From: Auanema rhodensis
Lineage: Eukaryota; Animalia; Nematoda
DNA: 64,000 bases
Direction of reading: 5' to 3'
Assembly: GCA_964057225.1 (NCBI GenBank)
Contig: OZ059894.1
Location: 16,182,001-16,246,000, forward strand
Shown here in pieces: positions 24,577-41,993 of this stretch; the first letter of the stretch is position 1, and the number at the start of each line of letters is the position of its first letter. Both the position numbers and the translations under genes were made by a program. The notes beneath the pieces are model-generated. The model made no database searches. It was not told the DNA's origin and saw only the letters and a list, made by a program, of their open reading frames with translations.

Positions 24577-27500
24577 CCTACAACCTATGAAACAATAATA
24601 TATTTATTATAAAACTAACTAAAAGAAGAAAAAAACGAATCAAAAATATGTATGTAGTGTATATACAAGAAAATACTGAAAAAGGAATATATATATTCAA
24701 ATAATTATATATTATGTGAATTTTTTTAATAAATAAGAGGAAAAAAGATTGTTTGAAGTGCATAGACCATGAGAAAACCATTCCGTCAAAGACCAGAAAA
24801 GAACGATAGCTTATAGATCAGTTTCACTCAAGCTTAGCTTTTACGATCATATCAAAATCTCATAACGACTTATTGAAAATGATATCTGGAGATGTATAAA
24901 TATAGATGAAAATGAGATTAGAGATGTGAAGGAAGAAGAAAAAGGAGAGAATAAGACATCATATCATATCATATAATTCTGAATTCTGTATGAGCAATCG
25001 TTGTTAACGAGACGGCTTCACGACATTAGCTGTACTCTTCTGAATACGGATATGGCTACAATCTGGCAACACAACTTTCATCTCGTCATCATCTGGTGAA
25101 ATGAAGCAAGAAATTCTTGTGATGATTCGCTGTAGCAGTACATTTGTGAGTACAACGAAAAAATATTTCTATTAAATTTGGAAAAATAAACAGTTTAGAC
25201 GAAGATTTAGGAGAAATAAAATGCTCATCCTTTAGCATTAATTGATTGAAGTATGTATATACATTTAGATTTGAAATTTTTGAAAAATATTTTGCAGCAT
25301 ATCAGAACTTTATAATATTCATTACAACACATCATACTATAAGGATGAAAAATGAAAAAGAAGAAATATAAAATTGATGAATGAAAATGTTGGAGCAAGG
25401 TAAGACATGACGTCATTTGCGTCTTTCATTTCAAGAGATTTGAAGGATGTTATCACATCAAGCAATATTGAAATAGTTTCAATGAGTAATAAGTACATAT
25501 AACTGATTGTATGCTATATATAGATAAATAGATATTCTGCTGAATTTACCTGACAGCTAGAGAAGAGAATGCCTAATCATCAATCTGCATGAAAAATTGT
25601 GAATGGAAAAGAAGGTAAAGCTTGAAAATAAATTAAAAATCAGATGAATTTGAATAAAGACATCCGTCATGAAGCTAAGATAATGATGAAATCATCAAAA
25701 TACAACCGTATCCCACGTTTACATAACTTAAAATGAGCGTGACTTTTCCATGTGACGCACGTGAGTATTTCACGCAATTGTGTCCAAAAATATTTGAATT
25801 GCTATATTAAGCTGAATGATAGGTTTTTGATGCTTATTTTAAATAATAAATGTAATTAAAATATTTCAAATATCTAACAAGATAGATGAGATGAAAAAAA
25901 CATTTTTTTTGTTGTCAAGGTACAGTATTGAGTCATAATAACATCATTAGCTGATTTCATTTTCTAAATCATATTAAATATATATTTATTATATTTATAT
26001 TTTATAGTTTGTGATCTAGATCAAATCTAACATATTAAATTGATAAGAATGACTAAAAAATATATTTTTTTTTAATTTAAATTTATTTTTTTAAAAATAT
26101 TTCTAATTTAATTAAGTAAGTAAGTGTAAAAAAACATTCAAACGTTTAAATCGATTTCCTGATGAATTGCAAAATACTTGGAAATCACGCTTTTGAATTA
26201 AGATTTCTCAATTTTAAAATGTTTTTAATATATGTGGTAGAGGTTCCAATAAACTGAATATTGGGCAAATTCAAGCGAAGAGTAAGACTTCTATTTTTAT
26301 GTTCTTGTTGTGACTTCTGTGCAAAGTTGAATAGCTTCATGTAATTGCAATAAAAATTGAATATTTCAACTTATACTGTATAAATAAATGTTCATATAAG
26401 TTATAAGATATGATTTACTAATCTAAGATGTTTGCAAATTTAAAAAACACTGTATTATAGAAATATTAATAATACATAATAGTTTTATTACTATTATAAT
26501 ATAGTTAGTATAATATAGTTTTTGTATGAAACCTACAAAAATTTTTCACAAACACATCTATTTATATATAGAAAAGGACAGAAGAAGATTGTAATTATGT
26601 TATGTTGACTAGATATGATACTTAAGAAGTTGGTTAACATATGAGTTGTAAGGTTGTTGCTTTCATGGTTTCATGTGATAATCTCTCTCTTTCTCTCTCT
26701 CTCTTTTTTTCTCTCTCAGTTGCTTTATTTCCGTTTTTCAAGGTTTGCTCGAGTACTCTCATGATTTTTTGAAATAGCTGTTGTGAGTTATGTGTGTAAG
26801 AGGTTTGTTGCTTTATCAAAACGCATGTTTATGAATTTGAAGATTAAAAGTAAAGAAATTATAGATCAGATTAGACAATAATTTGTAAATTGCCTTTCTG
26901 ATAAAAGAAAATAAGAACAAAGGTGAGAAGAACATTGATTTCTTTTTTTTTGTCTACACATTCTTCTAATCTTGAAATAAGTTGTTGATATTTAAGAAAA
27001 TGAGTTCAAAGTATAAAGGCTGATTCTAAAATATTGACAAGTCACTGAGAACTCAAATGAATTGAAGATAAACAATAATTTGTAATTTGTTATAGAGAGA
27101 GAGAGATAAGGCTGAGGGGCGTGAACAATGAAAAAGGGTGGAGAGAAAAGGGTGGTAATAGAAAGAGCAAAAAAGGGAGGGAAAAGCTGAAGGAAGAGAG
27201 GGTGAATAGATGGAGAGTAAGAGAGAAAAATGGCTGAACCAGTGAAGTAGAGCTGAAAGTATTTGATGAGATTTAGAATAAGTCAAACATATTCTTGTAA
27301 ATTCAATATATACATAATCATTACATTGGCATAATTACATATATACTATAACATATGCAGATTAGGTCACGTAAATCACGACTGTCTCACGTAGTATTAC
27401 CACGTGGTTGGGCAAGAACGCTCCTGATAACCGAGATATATGATGATGATGAAAGGCAGACAATAATTTGATGATGAAGAGAAGAAGAAAGATGAAAGAA

Positions 27501-30500
27501 AGAGAATATAAAGAACGACTCTAGGACGAATCATTTTCTGAATCTTTGTGTCTTAATGCAACAATACAACACATATGTAAGCACTTCTGGACTATTATAT
27601 AGCTGACCGGAAATGATTTAGACATATGATAATACTTGGAAGAGATCAAAGGGCTCACCTTCAATGTCTCTCTTCAAAGAGAATAATCTCATGTTTATCT
27701 TGGTGTCAGCTCATTTCCTTCTTTTATTTCTTTTTTTTTCTGGTAATTTCTCTACTATTCCCCCTTTTTTCCTATATGTGCATACATACATTTATATGTG
27801 TGTGAATGTATTTTATCCCCTTCTCTCTCTCTATCTCTCTCTCTCTCTCTCTATCTCTCTCTCCCTCTCTACCTTTCCCTATCTATCATAAAGTCAAGTA
27901 TCATATTAAAATGAAAAATAGTAAACGCTTTTGACGTCAAAAGCTGGAATGTTATGAATGAAAATAAAAAGTCAGTAAAAGGACAGGTTATATCATTTAA
28001 GCTTCCAGCCGTCTCAACGTTACAAAGTTCAAGAAGCCGCTTTACCTCATTCACAGACCATTGCTATCCTTCAATTTTCATCCTTTTCCCTCGTCATCTA
28101 CATTTCGTTCTGCCAATACCTCTCATATTATATCTCATTCCTTTGTTGGCATACTCTACTACCCAAAGAAGACTTAAAAAGGAAATTTAAGAAGAGGTTT
28201 GAAATGAACGAAACAAATGAATAAGACTACTCTTTTGAAACAAAATGAAGATGTAGCTAATGAATGTGTAGTTGGCCTCTGAACTGTGTGATTGTTGCAA
28301 CCCAGATGTACAGACTTAAGATATTAAGTTTTTGAGAGAAAGAGAGACGTAGAGAGAGAGAGAAAGAGAGAGAGAATGAAGACAAAAATAAAAGAGCAAA
28401 ATGTATATTAAAACGAATACAGAGAAATGACAAGATAATGCAATAACTATAGACAGCAATATTTGACCACGTCTCAATCAGAATAGACAAAGATTGAGAT
28501 AAATGAAACCAGAGAACGAGAATAGGAAGATATTCCTCACTCTGTAAAAGCACAATGTTCTTTCGCTTAACTGACTTGATTGGATAACACAAGAAGAAAA
28601 AAATAACAGGGGAGAACGAAACAGAAGAAAAGAAAGAAAAATTAGAAAACGACGTCAAAATAAAATCAAAGTTACATCTGATGGTAGTGATGATGAAGTT
28701 ATGTAGTACAAATATAGAACAACATCTAAGTTTATATAATGAGAGCAGTAATATAAAGAAAATAGTTAATTCAATGGTTTTTATATTTTAATTATTTTTT
28801 TAAGCTTGAAGATTTCATTGAAAACACACACAAAGTTAGAATAGCTAAATGTGGGTGTGTGTAACGGAGCCCGAAACAAGGCTCTATGGACGACGTAGAC
28901 TGTATTAAGAGATGATAGAGCATGATAAGATTGGATGAAGATGTGAACTTAGTAAGATTTATCTGATTTTATTAATGACCTTCCATATTTTTTTGTCGGT
29001 TAGAATAGATACATTTCTCTTTCTCTCAATATCCATATTCTCCCAGACCTTTCTCTACTTAGAATCTCTCTTTAACTTTTATTATCTTTATACTCTCTAT
29101 ATAGTTTTCTTTTTCTATCTTTTAGTCTCTTTATCTTTCTTTCTTTCTCATTTTCCTCTCCCTTTACCGTCTTGTCTTAATACATTTATTACGGCAAATG
29201 TTGTTGTTGTTTATTGTTGTTGTTATTATTGTTATCATTATTTAATGTGTAAATTAAGCTTAATGTTGTTGTAAATTTAAAATTCAAAAGAAAAAAAAAA
29301 GAAGGAAAATCATTCATTTCCACATGTTTCAAAAAGAATATATATGTAACTACAAATTATTTACTTACTACTAAAAACTAATTGGCATAATCATATTTTC
29401 ACGTAAACAAGAGTTGTTACGTAAATAATGTTTGTCATTTTGTGATTTTAATATGTATTTCATGGTATAAATAATAAAATTTGATGATAAAATAGGCGTT
29501 GTAATCAGGAAATTTTATTTATATCATCATAGATCCGTTGAGAATGAAAATAGAAAAACATTCAATGATTTATGATTTAACTAAATTAGGTAAAATGAAG
29601 ATGAAAGATGAATTTTAAAAATAAATTTTATATTATATATGAATATAAATGGTTTATATGCAATATAATGATGAGTATCTCATTACATTTAACTTTTTAG
29701 TTCCAGAAAAATACAGAACAACAGAAGTGAGAGAGAGAGCAGAAGAGAGAGAGAGAGAAAAGAAAAATTGATAAAAGGGATAGACAGAGATAAAGAAAAT
29801 GAAAGAGAGAAGATAAAGAGCTTTTGCAATGTCTAATAGTCTGTGCTCATCAAATGACTATGATCATACTATAAAGAATCTAAAAAAAGACAAAAAAGGA
29901 AAAAAGGAAAAGATATCTGAAGGTGAACACAACGAAATGAAGAGAAAATGACTGAAGAGGGAATAAGAAGGAGAAGAGGTACCGTGATGCACTTCCAAGA
30001 GTATTTCATTTCATTTCAAATGAAAATAAAGATAAACAGTTCGGTGTCAGGTGACAAAACTTCATATCATTATTGTGACGACATTAATGCCAAAATATTT
30101 CAAAAAACTTTCTTAAAATTTTGGGATTTTGTATATAAATTAGAAGAAATTATAACATCAATGGATTTTATACAGATGTTCAAGAAATATATTGTATTAT
30201 GATGTGTATTCAATTATTTATGACATGTTTAGTATGTTCTGTATGAATTTGATCAAGTAATGAAGATCTATTGGTAATTATATTTAACTGATTCTAATGA
30301 TTACTAGAATAGTAAAAGCATATTTTGAGCTAATTAGTTGAATGAATGTGACATACATACATATTTCGATTTATCTAATCGAAATAAAATTATTTTATTT
30401 TTTGAAAAGCAACAATCGAGTCAACTTCCGTTATATTATATCTACTTAACCCTATATATATGGAAAATACGAAAAAAACAGAATATTAGATGTTGAAATA

Positions 30501-31936
30501 CTGTGAATGGTTCAGAATCCAGATGTTAGACAAGTTGTTTTGAAAAGTTGTAACCTAGGGTAAGAAAAGTAAAAGAATTCTCTTTATCTCTCTCTTTCTT
30601 TCTTTCTTTTTACTTTCCAACTTCCCTCTCCCTCTAGCTCACTCTTCTTTTCTCTCTTTAGCAAGTTATATATAGATGATAAAAGTATAAAATACAAGAT
30701 TTTTAAAAAAAACATTTAAAAGGTCTTATAAGGGTAAGGATCAGATGATGTCATATCATTTAATAATGTATATTTGCTAAAGATATTTATCATATTTTGA
30801 CATTATTAAAATTTTAAAAATTTAAGGAATTTATTTAGAAATGTAAATTGATTAGATAGAATTTAACAGCCAATATGATATAGATTTGAAATTTAAATGA
30901 ATATAATTAAAGAAATTAACCTCATATAGAGAAATGAAGAAGAAGAATAGTTTATAGAAGTTAATATAATTTTGAGAAATAAAGATTTAGAAAAAAAAAG
31001 AAAAATAATGTCATATGATCATAGCTGACTATTTCATTTCCTTATCGTCATCATCATCATACATCTAACATTGAAAAGGCTAAAAATGTATTCATATATG
31101 AGAAGAGGATGAGGAGATATGAATGACAGGAAAGATAAAGTTCTAAAAATGACTAACAAACTTTTACGGAAATAAGAAACTTTTGAATAAATAAACGGAA
31201 AAAATATGACAGGATGACGATAGGATGTGAATTCTAAATTTTTATAGAATTGCAGGACAGAATATGATGATGATGAAGAAGAAGATGAGATGAAAATGAG
31301 AAGAAGAAGACAAATTGAATAGGAGATTATTCTTATATATATATATATATGTTTATTTGTGTTGAATATGTGTTCTCTGTCTTATAACAGATTTTTTTGA
31401 ATTTATATGTATGTAGGCGGTAAGTGAGATCAACTCTATAAACACAAAGTATTCGTCTTTAAGTGTTATTTCTCATCAATGATGTACTGAATATAAATGT
31501 TCACAAAACGTTTAAACATCTTCTTGATTGATTACTTTCTTCATTCAATATAATAGTTGACTAAATGGGCAAAATATAGAATTATGTGAATGGGGGTGGT
31601 AGTAAGCACAATCAAGGACTACACTATATTATCTCAAACGTTTCCTCATGCTCGAACACAAAAAATAGGGCAAAAGTGTAAAAAATCTTTGCAGAAAACG
31701 GATTTACTGTTTGGATTTAGAAAGCTCATACACTTTCTTTTCTGATCATGTGTTATTGTATGCGTAGAAAGTGAAAGCAACATTCTCATAAACAGCATTA
31801 ATAGATTTTGAGAATAGATTTTAATTAGAAAAATGATTTTACTTTAAATTTGAACTTCAAATCTTATCTATATGATATTAACTATAAATATATAATCTTG
31901 GTACTACCATATAATAACTATAATATACATTATAAG

Positions 31937-31976
31937 TATATATATATATAGAAATATATATATATATATATATATA
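31937..31976. repeat. Interrupted (TA)n microsatellite
   Basis: Directly visible. Confidence 0.85.
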
Positions 31977-32101
31977 CATATAATATACAAATTATTAAAA
32001 TTTTGAACATAATTAAGTTTTTATTTGCAGAAAATTTTAATATTTTCACCTAATCAAATGGAAATTATATAATTTAATTGAGCCAACAAAAAACTATTGA
32101 G

Positions 32102-34113
<2,012 letters not shown>

Positions 34114-34768
34114 CTAGTAACACTAAACAATTTTTTTTGAATAATTTATTTCAAATGAATGTTTGTGGCTCTCTGTAGAAACAGAAAATAAGAGGATGAA
34201 CCTTCATGCAAATGAATATGACCGGTTCTTTCAAAATGTTATTCAAAAATGAAATGAAAATCATTTTAAAAAATACACCAACATTACGTCAGAATGGCAA
34301 ATAGTTTTAAGAATCATAATGTAATAAAGTATAATTTTTAAGTTTTTAGCTTATTTTAATTAAAATTGTAAAGAAAAATATAGCGCAATTGATTATAGTC
34401 TTGAAATCTCATTCAGAAATTTGTAATTTTCAACCGAAAATAGATAATTGTTTGTTTTTTGCAAACAGAAAAAAAAAGAACAACGAGAGGATTATTTCAT
34501 AGAATGGACTTTTCTGTTAATTTTTTTATTTTTCATATGATTGAGCTTGAGGGAGGAAGAAGAGAGGGGATGACTAAAAATAAGTGGTAGCAAGCTTGCA
34601 ATAGCATTATTTGAAAATTGTTTTGTTACAATTTGTAAACAATAGAATATTTTATATTAATCAAAATACTTTTAATGCATATAACAGTCAGTTATTATAA
34701 TCTGAAGATGTTTTTTGATCTGAGAAAAGACTTGTTCCTTGTTCTGAATAATCTTTTAATTTCAATAT

Positions 34769-36823
34769 TCAATTTTCAATATCACGAATAGCAATCTATA
34801 CAGTAGATATAGATAGAGATATAAGAAGAATTTTAATTTTAGCCAATTGTTTCTTTTAACTCTTTTTTTGTAGCTTCTCTCTCACCTGCAGGTGATTAAA
34901 CAGGAAAGGGCGATAAAGCCACGCAATGAACGTTTCTATTTTTGAAGATTAAACATTGAATCATAAAAGAGTTGAATGAACACAAGAAAAACATATATAT
35001 ATATATATATAAATAAATATTTATATTTAAGCACATTTATACATTTATAATTACATTTGTAATATTATTAAACTAGATTTTCTATAATTTACAAGGCACA
35101 CTTTTTGAACTGAAGCACAAATCACAGTAGAACGACAGAATGAGAACGTCACGACGAAAAAAAAAATTAACTGAGCAGTAGAAACCGAGACAATATAGTA
35201 AAAAATCACTTTTTATGATAAATAGAAGAGAAATAATAGGACTTTTTAGAACAGAGAATAATTAATTGAATATAAATCTTCTTTAAAAATGAAAAAAGCA
35301 AGAAGAAATAGAAAATACACACATTAGGATGATACCTCTAAGGTTAATACTTTTTCTTTTACCACTTTGATAACATTCTGATTTGCATCCTGATTACATT
35401 CTTCTTCATTTTCAAGAACTTTCTCTTGTTTTTGTCCTTCTTCTTCATGTTCTTCCTCAGATTTTAATTGTTCTTGAATTTCATCTTGCTCATCAGCTTC
35501 AAGATTTTCTTCGACCTCATGATTGTCATCAATATCTTTATTGGAGATTTCCTCTGCAAAAATTATATAAGATAAGTTTTATAAAAAATTATTATGAAAT
35601 ACCTTCCGATTTGAGTTCATTTGGATGAGTTTCATTCAAATGTTCATCTGTTTCAGGTACATCGAAAGAGTTCTCAGCTTCTTGCTTTAAACGTCTTTTC
35701 TCACATCTTTCCAAATATTCAATCTTATCAATAGCTTTTTTGATAATTAATTTGATTACATGACGATCATCATTATGTGATTTACGTTCCTTTAATTATT
35801 TACATTAGCTTTGTCCTTAATACTTAGTCTCTTAACCTTATTATTTGTGTTTTCACCAGATTTCTCTTTCTTTGCTGAAGAAGTTTTCTGCTGTTGTTGT
35901 TTCTGCTTTGGATTTTGTTGTTGATTACCAGGAATACTCTAAGCAATTAATCTCTTTTAAAGATAAATATTAAATATAATGATACCTTCTCGTTTACTAC
36001 TTTAACTTTCAAATCTTTTCCTTTTTTCGTGACTTCCCTTACATCAGCATTTGGACGAGATTTTCCTCCTCCGCGTGCATTACGGTTTCCAGCATTCTCT
36101 CTCTCTTTTCCATCAAATGAAAGAGTTAAACGTCCCCCTAATCGGCTTCCTTTTGGCTGAAATGACAAGATCGAATGAATGTTTTGTTGTATTTCTCCAA
36201 TACCAAATCTGGTTGATTGCGAGGTTTATTGTTATGCGAATTTCCACGACCTCCTCCAGATTTTCCACGGCCTCCACGTCCAGCTAAGCGATTGCTTAGC
36301 TCAATAGAAGGAACATTTTCTCTCCATGTATCAGCTCTCAAATACAATTTTAATATATTATATGTTGTGTTGTATTTAATATCATAATACTTCGAAAAAC
36401 ATTTTTGAAAATATTAAAAGCTCACGAAGTTTTTCCTTGATCCCATTCTCTGCTCCACTCGCCTTTCTTAGGGTTCGAAGTTGGTGATTCAGCTGCTGGC
36501 TAAAGTCAATAACATACATAAAATCTTTCAAATATTTTCAATATTGTATTGAAAAAAATGAAAAAAATGTTTTCTCTCATAACATATTGATTTGAATTTT
36601 TCGAGAATTAAGTAGAAACCTTGGCTATTTCTCTTGGCTCTTCCCCAGCAAATTTAGCTCTGTCCTCTTCCACCTCCTGGAGAAAAATGAATAAATATCC
36701 AATTGCAACAGTTTTCTAAACCCTAGTCCTTTCGACAATTTTTTGGTTTTTTTCCCTTATTTGAGCAATTTTTCTATCAAGTTCTTCCTCTTCTTCTTTA
36801 GTCCTTTTCTTCTCGCGGTCCAT
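34769..36823 (-). CDS. CCDC9-like coiled-coil protein with RGG-rich and acidic regions; last exons below ~35340 tentative
   Basis: MDREKKRTKEEEEELDRKIAQIREKNQKIVERTREVEEDRAK resembles the CCDC9 N-terminus, followed by GEWSREWDQGKT, GRGGRG and a Glu-rich tail. Confidence 0.75.
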
Positions 36824-39800
36824 TTCTAAATGAGAAACTTGAAATCCGCGAAATATAACTCCAACATGGAACTAATAAAGTAAAAACAAAGTTCACTTAA
36901 AGATAGTAAATAGTAAAAAGAAGATGAGAACTGAGAAATTGAAGTACGTATGAATATAATATCTTTTTGACTTAAATATCATTTAAAAATACTAATATAT
37001 ATTGAGAACTATCTTATAAATAGAGGGATATAGCAAAGGAAAAATTAAAAAAAAGGTTTGGCAACTAATAGGAAATCGATTTTCATCAGCTCTCTCTCGA
37101 TTTCTCTCTATCATTCGATGACACAGTCAGACGAAAAACTTTTTTCGATTGTCAAATTGCATCCATAAAAGTATTTCAGGTAGAGAGATAAGATAAAAAT
37201 ATATTTCTTATTATTATTAAAATATTATTTTTCCTTTTTCTAAAACGACAAATAGATGAAGCAGTATTTTCACAAAGAAAAACTGACCAAAGGATTAGGT
37301 GATTTCTAATTTTCTTGCAGTTCTTTCTCTCGTTTTCGATTTTCAGTTCCTTTGCACGCATGGAATGACCGTTCGGACACTTCCGAACTTTCAGATCAAT
37401 ACAAATCTCTTTCCCTTTTCTTTCTTTTCTCTCTTTCTTTTTCCTCGTCTATCTTCCCGTTTTTCTCTTAATCTTGCTCGTTTTATCACTTTTTCTCTCA
37501 CTTGTTCTCTTCATTAGCAGAATCTTTCTTGACCGTCGTATACTTGTCGTTTGATCCGTATAATCTATCATCTGTACTAAAGTCTTACAACACAATAGGC
37601 TAAAATCTGTTTGCAAAATGTACAATTATACTAAACAATTCGATATTTCTTGTTATATCAATAATTTATACAAAATTTTTGAACTTTAAAAATCAATTGC
37701 GTATTGATCCAAATCGAAATTATTGATTTATATCGTTGTGGAACCTCATGTTAAATTGGGGTTGACTAGTGAATAGAAAGGAAAGAAGTAGCCCAAAGAT
37801 TTTACAGACGAAAACAAACTAACAGTCGTTACGACGTTATTCAATATTTAAAATAGCGATAGAAAGCACTTTCTATTTCAAATTTCAATCGGATATTTTC
37901 TGAATTAGAAAAGATGAAATGAAGAATCAATTATTTCTCGAAAAATATTTCGATATCTGCAAAATAAGTGCTATTAATTCAGAAACAACGGGACAAGGAA
38001 CAATCTTTTTAAAATAATTTTCGATTGATTCAACACATTTAGACAAATATTACCTTTGCAAATTTCATAGTAAAACAAAATAATCTTTTAGAAAACAAAA
38101 AAAAGATTAAGCACTAGAAGATTGAGAAAAAATGAAGATATGGAACAAGAGAATGACTAACCAGACAACAACGGTAACTTTAAACACCAAGTTTTTTCAC
38201 ATTGAAAGCTCTAAAAACTTGTGTAACTGATGAGGGGAAAAAAAGTCTTGTAGAAAAACAGATGGATCAGTTTCGAGAAGAAGAAATAAATTCATACAGA
38301 ATGAATATATAAATTAACGGGACAAAAACGAGGATTGAGAATGAATTATAAACAAGTAATGGTGAGAAGGCTAGAGAAGTAGAAGAAGGGAAATAGGGTG
38401 AGTGAGTGGGTAAGTAGGTGAGGACGCAACAGTCTAGGTTGTTTTCAGTAGTGTTATTTCTGCTCAAAACTTGCTTTTTCAGTTATGAAAACATGCTTGA
38501 AAACGAGGTAAAAGAAAGGTAAAATGAGCACAACAGTTCCATACAACCGAATTATCTAAACTGATATATTTCTCTCACGTGTAACTCACGTATGAGATGT
38601 CATATTGTACGTATAAAAGATAGGACAGAAAAGAGAAGAGATTGTATAAAATAGAGAAACATTTCCGGTAAACTATAATTAGATGTATAATTTATCGATT
38701 TTTAAAATCATAAGACCAAATATATTATATATAAAATGAAATAATTCACAAATATATGCACGAACATCTGTGTTATATCGTTGTAAGTATATATATATAT
38801 ATATATATAACACATGTGGTAACGGTTTTAGTAAACGTTGTATACATGAAACCAACTGAAAATCAAAAAAGAACTGTAAGGTCATGGAATATAATGAACC
38901 GTTCTGTAATTTTTCAAAATTTTAACCAAAAATCTGTTTCGACAGTCTTGGAAAAGAATGAAAAGAAAGATACGAAAAGCCAAGCGAGGGAAAGCGAAAG
39001 CCTTGGCCCAAAAATCATCTTCGCAGTCCGTGAGATTGCAGAAAAAAGGCGACAAACGATAATTTCAATTCACAGAGTATTCAGAAGAAAATACAAAAAA
39101 GGGACAAAACGCAATACGAATGGCTAGATCATGGTCAATATGAGGGGGGATATAGATGTCGAATTAAATGTATTCGATGAGATTAGTTCAAATATTTGAA
39201 TTTGTTCGTATGACTCGATGTTAAAGAGGTTGGCGAAAAGACTTGAAAATCTTATAAAAAGTAAGGAAGCATCCTAAGAAATACTAAAACAGTCTTAATA
39301 CGATTAAAAACAACATCTCAGAATATGAACAGATAGAAAAGAAAAAAGACAAGAAATCTTGTTTGCTTCTTGCATAGGAATTCCAGAGAATGAATAGACC
39401 TATGAGATTAACTATAGTATTTATCTTGAACCATTACTACTTACTAACATAAGTATGTACATAGATATCTTTCGTAATATATATTATTATTTAGTTTAAT
39501 TAAGAAATTTTAAAAGAAATTAGTATTCAAACAAATAATTTTGGAAAACAAAAAGAGAGAGAAGCATTGATATTCTTTGAAAAATGATGACATGCTATTA
39601 CATATTATTTGAAAATATATGTCATAATCTACGAATAGATCTGGAGAAACAGGCAATGGTTAAATCTTATTATAGAAAAGGTAAGCAATAATCAGATTGA
39701 AAAATGAAGTTTGAAAGAAGAAAAAATAAAAGAAAAATGCTAGCAGAACCATGAATATAATGAAAGTAACAGAAGAGTAAAAGTAACAAGAGGATACCGA

Positions 39801-41993
39801 ACAAACAAAAATTTGATTGATTTTCGTGCTCGTGCAGCCTAAAATTAAAAGTACTTCCTTGAGAATGAGAGAAAGAACAAATAATATTTATATTTAAGAA
39901 ATGATAGTTAGATAGATATGTAGTTGGTAAGACAATGAAAGAGCTAATGACCTCGATGCAGCCATCTGATATCTCGGATCTGAGAGAAAATATGAGAGAT
40001 GTGATCATCATCATCGAAGCAATATTCTGAGGTTTCTGATAGGATTACGTTCATAAACCCCTTATTGTTTAAGGTTATCATAGTACTATTTTGTATTTTT
40101 GTTGAGAATATAATTCTGAAATTTAAGTGAATATTCATATAAAACTTTTTTTAGAAATGTTAAAGGTCTCTCTTATCAAAGGTATGGGATGAAGATAAAA
40201 ATAAAACAAAAGTGAATATTGTTATCTATCAAATCAGTTATTTAATCGAATCTGATGGCAGATGTACATCGCTTTATACTCATTTCAAGGAAATGTCTAA
40301 ACAATGGTTTATCCAATTATCAAGAATACAATTTACATGATCAATCTATACTATCTTGTATGTAATTATTTTACCTAAATAGAAAATTGTCATAACCAAA
40401 GAGTAATACCAAATTGAATAATGAATATAGAATTAAAAATATCAAATTTAAATTATTAAAAAAAATAGAAATAACATATATAGTCACTAACAGTCTAGAT
40501 TGGTAGACTCGGAATCTGAAAAGTTCTAGGCTAGAGACAGAGAGGGGAAGAGAAAACGAACGAAATGGAACCGTGAAGCCCGAGCGCTCTTTGCGCAAGA
40601 AGTCGTAGTGCAAATATTAAAACAATGGAAAACATCGTCCGTTAGAGAACTCCATAAATTTCTACAATACGACAGAAATATCGGCTAAATGGTCAGAAAT
40701 CAGTAGGATGACAACATTTTGCCGAAATAACATTGAGATCCACTGAAGAGGTTAAAGAAATAGCTTTTGTCCAAATTATCCTCGCAACTAGAGTATACTC
40801 AAAAAGATGATCATAGTATGCTTACTGCAGTGTGATCATAAACGTATATCTAATAAGAAAACTATATGGTTTATATGATCCCTCTTTCCAGTTCAAATCA
40901 TAGTTCCAAACAACGGATTTCAGGTCATTCTTGTATTGATTGATTAGCTGAAACATGCTGGAATTACAGTAATCTGAAAACTTTTAAGAAAGGGGTATAG
41001 ATACGAAAGATGCGCCCCCATGTGATCCAGAGGCTCTATTGCGAATTCAAATTTATTTGCTTTAATTAACTTTGAACTGTTTATATGCAGCTTTGCGGGA
41101 GTTTACTCAATATTATGAAACTTGAATTTTTGATTTTTTTTCAAATTAAGTTAGTTTTAATGCTTTCTAGGAATATTTTTTTATTACTTGACAATCGGGT
41201 TAAAAGTGTAATTGATTTACAAGCATAAATTTACAAGCACAATTGTACTGTTTTTAGCTTGAGAAATATATCTTAATCTATATATGGACGATATTTATGG
41301 TTTCGTAATGCACTTATTTGGTTTCTGACATGTTCACAGATATTCTAACCTGTATAAATTTAGTTTATTTTAATACTTTTTCGCTTTGCCCTAGATGTTA
41401 ACGTTAGTTTCGGTTTTTGCATATTTGAGTATTTGTTGAATAAAAAACAATTCAAGGAATTATCAAAGATGTATATCTATATGCCCGATCAATTCCAAGT
41501 GTTGTTTGTTACAAACAATAGCTTTGTCTTTCTTTTGGACCGTCGAACTGTCCGGCTGTTTCACGGCATACCCTTCTTGCCATAACATTTTTGGTCGGCT
41601 TACACTTAGTCCAACTTTGTTGCCTATGTTTTTTTAGTTTTCACATGTAATGCGATTTCTTTACAATAAATTTGGGATATACTGCCGAAAAGTTCTAAAA
41701 ATATCCTTATATCTTCAGTTTTTTTTGTGATAATCGTTACTATCTGTGTATACTCATTTATTTATCCTATTGGTTTTACTTTCGGGATGGTGTTCTATCC
41801 AACTCTATGTTTATGCGCTTAACTATCGTAAAACATTCGATTCAAAATATTTTTTGTTTTGTGCCGTTTAATAATGTTATGTTTTCTTTTTTATTTCTGT
41901 TCTACTTATAGTTATCAATAGATAAAAAACGATATATATCCTATAAAGACTTTTCTTTGAGAAATTTCATAAACCCGTTTAGAATTAGCAAAA

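Noticed and set aside
24578-30202. Many 60-130 aa hydrophobic (F/L/S-rich) ORFs
   Set aside because: Products of CT/GA-rich low-complexity intergenic DNA with no exon structure.
37176-40800. ORFs and scattered splice-like sites between the CCDC9-like gene and headcase, including a CACGTG/CACGTA pair at 38576-38592
   Set aside because: No coherent gene model could be built, and two motifs alone are not significant.
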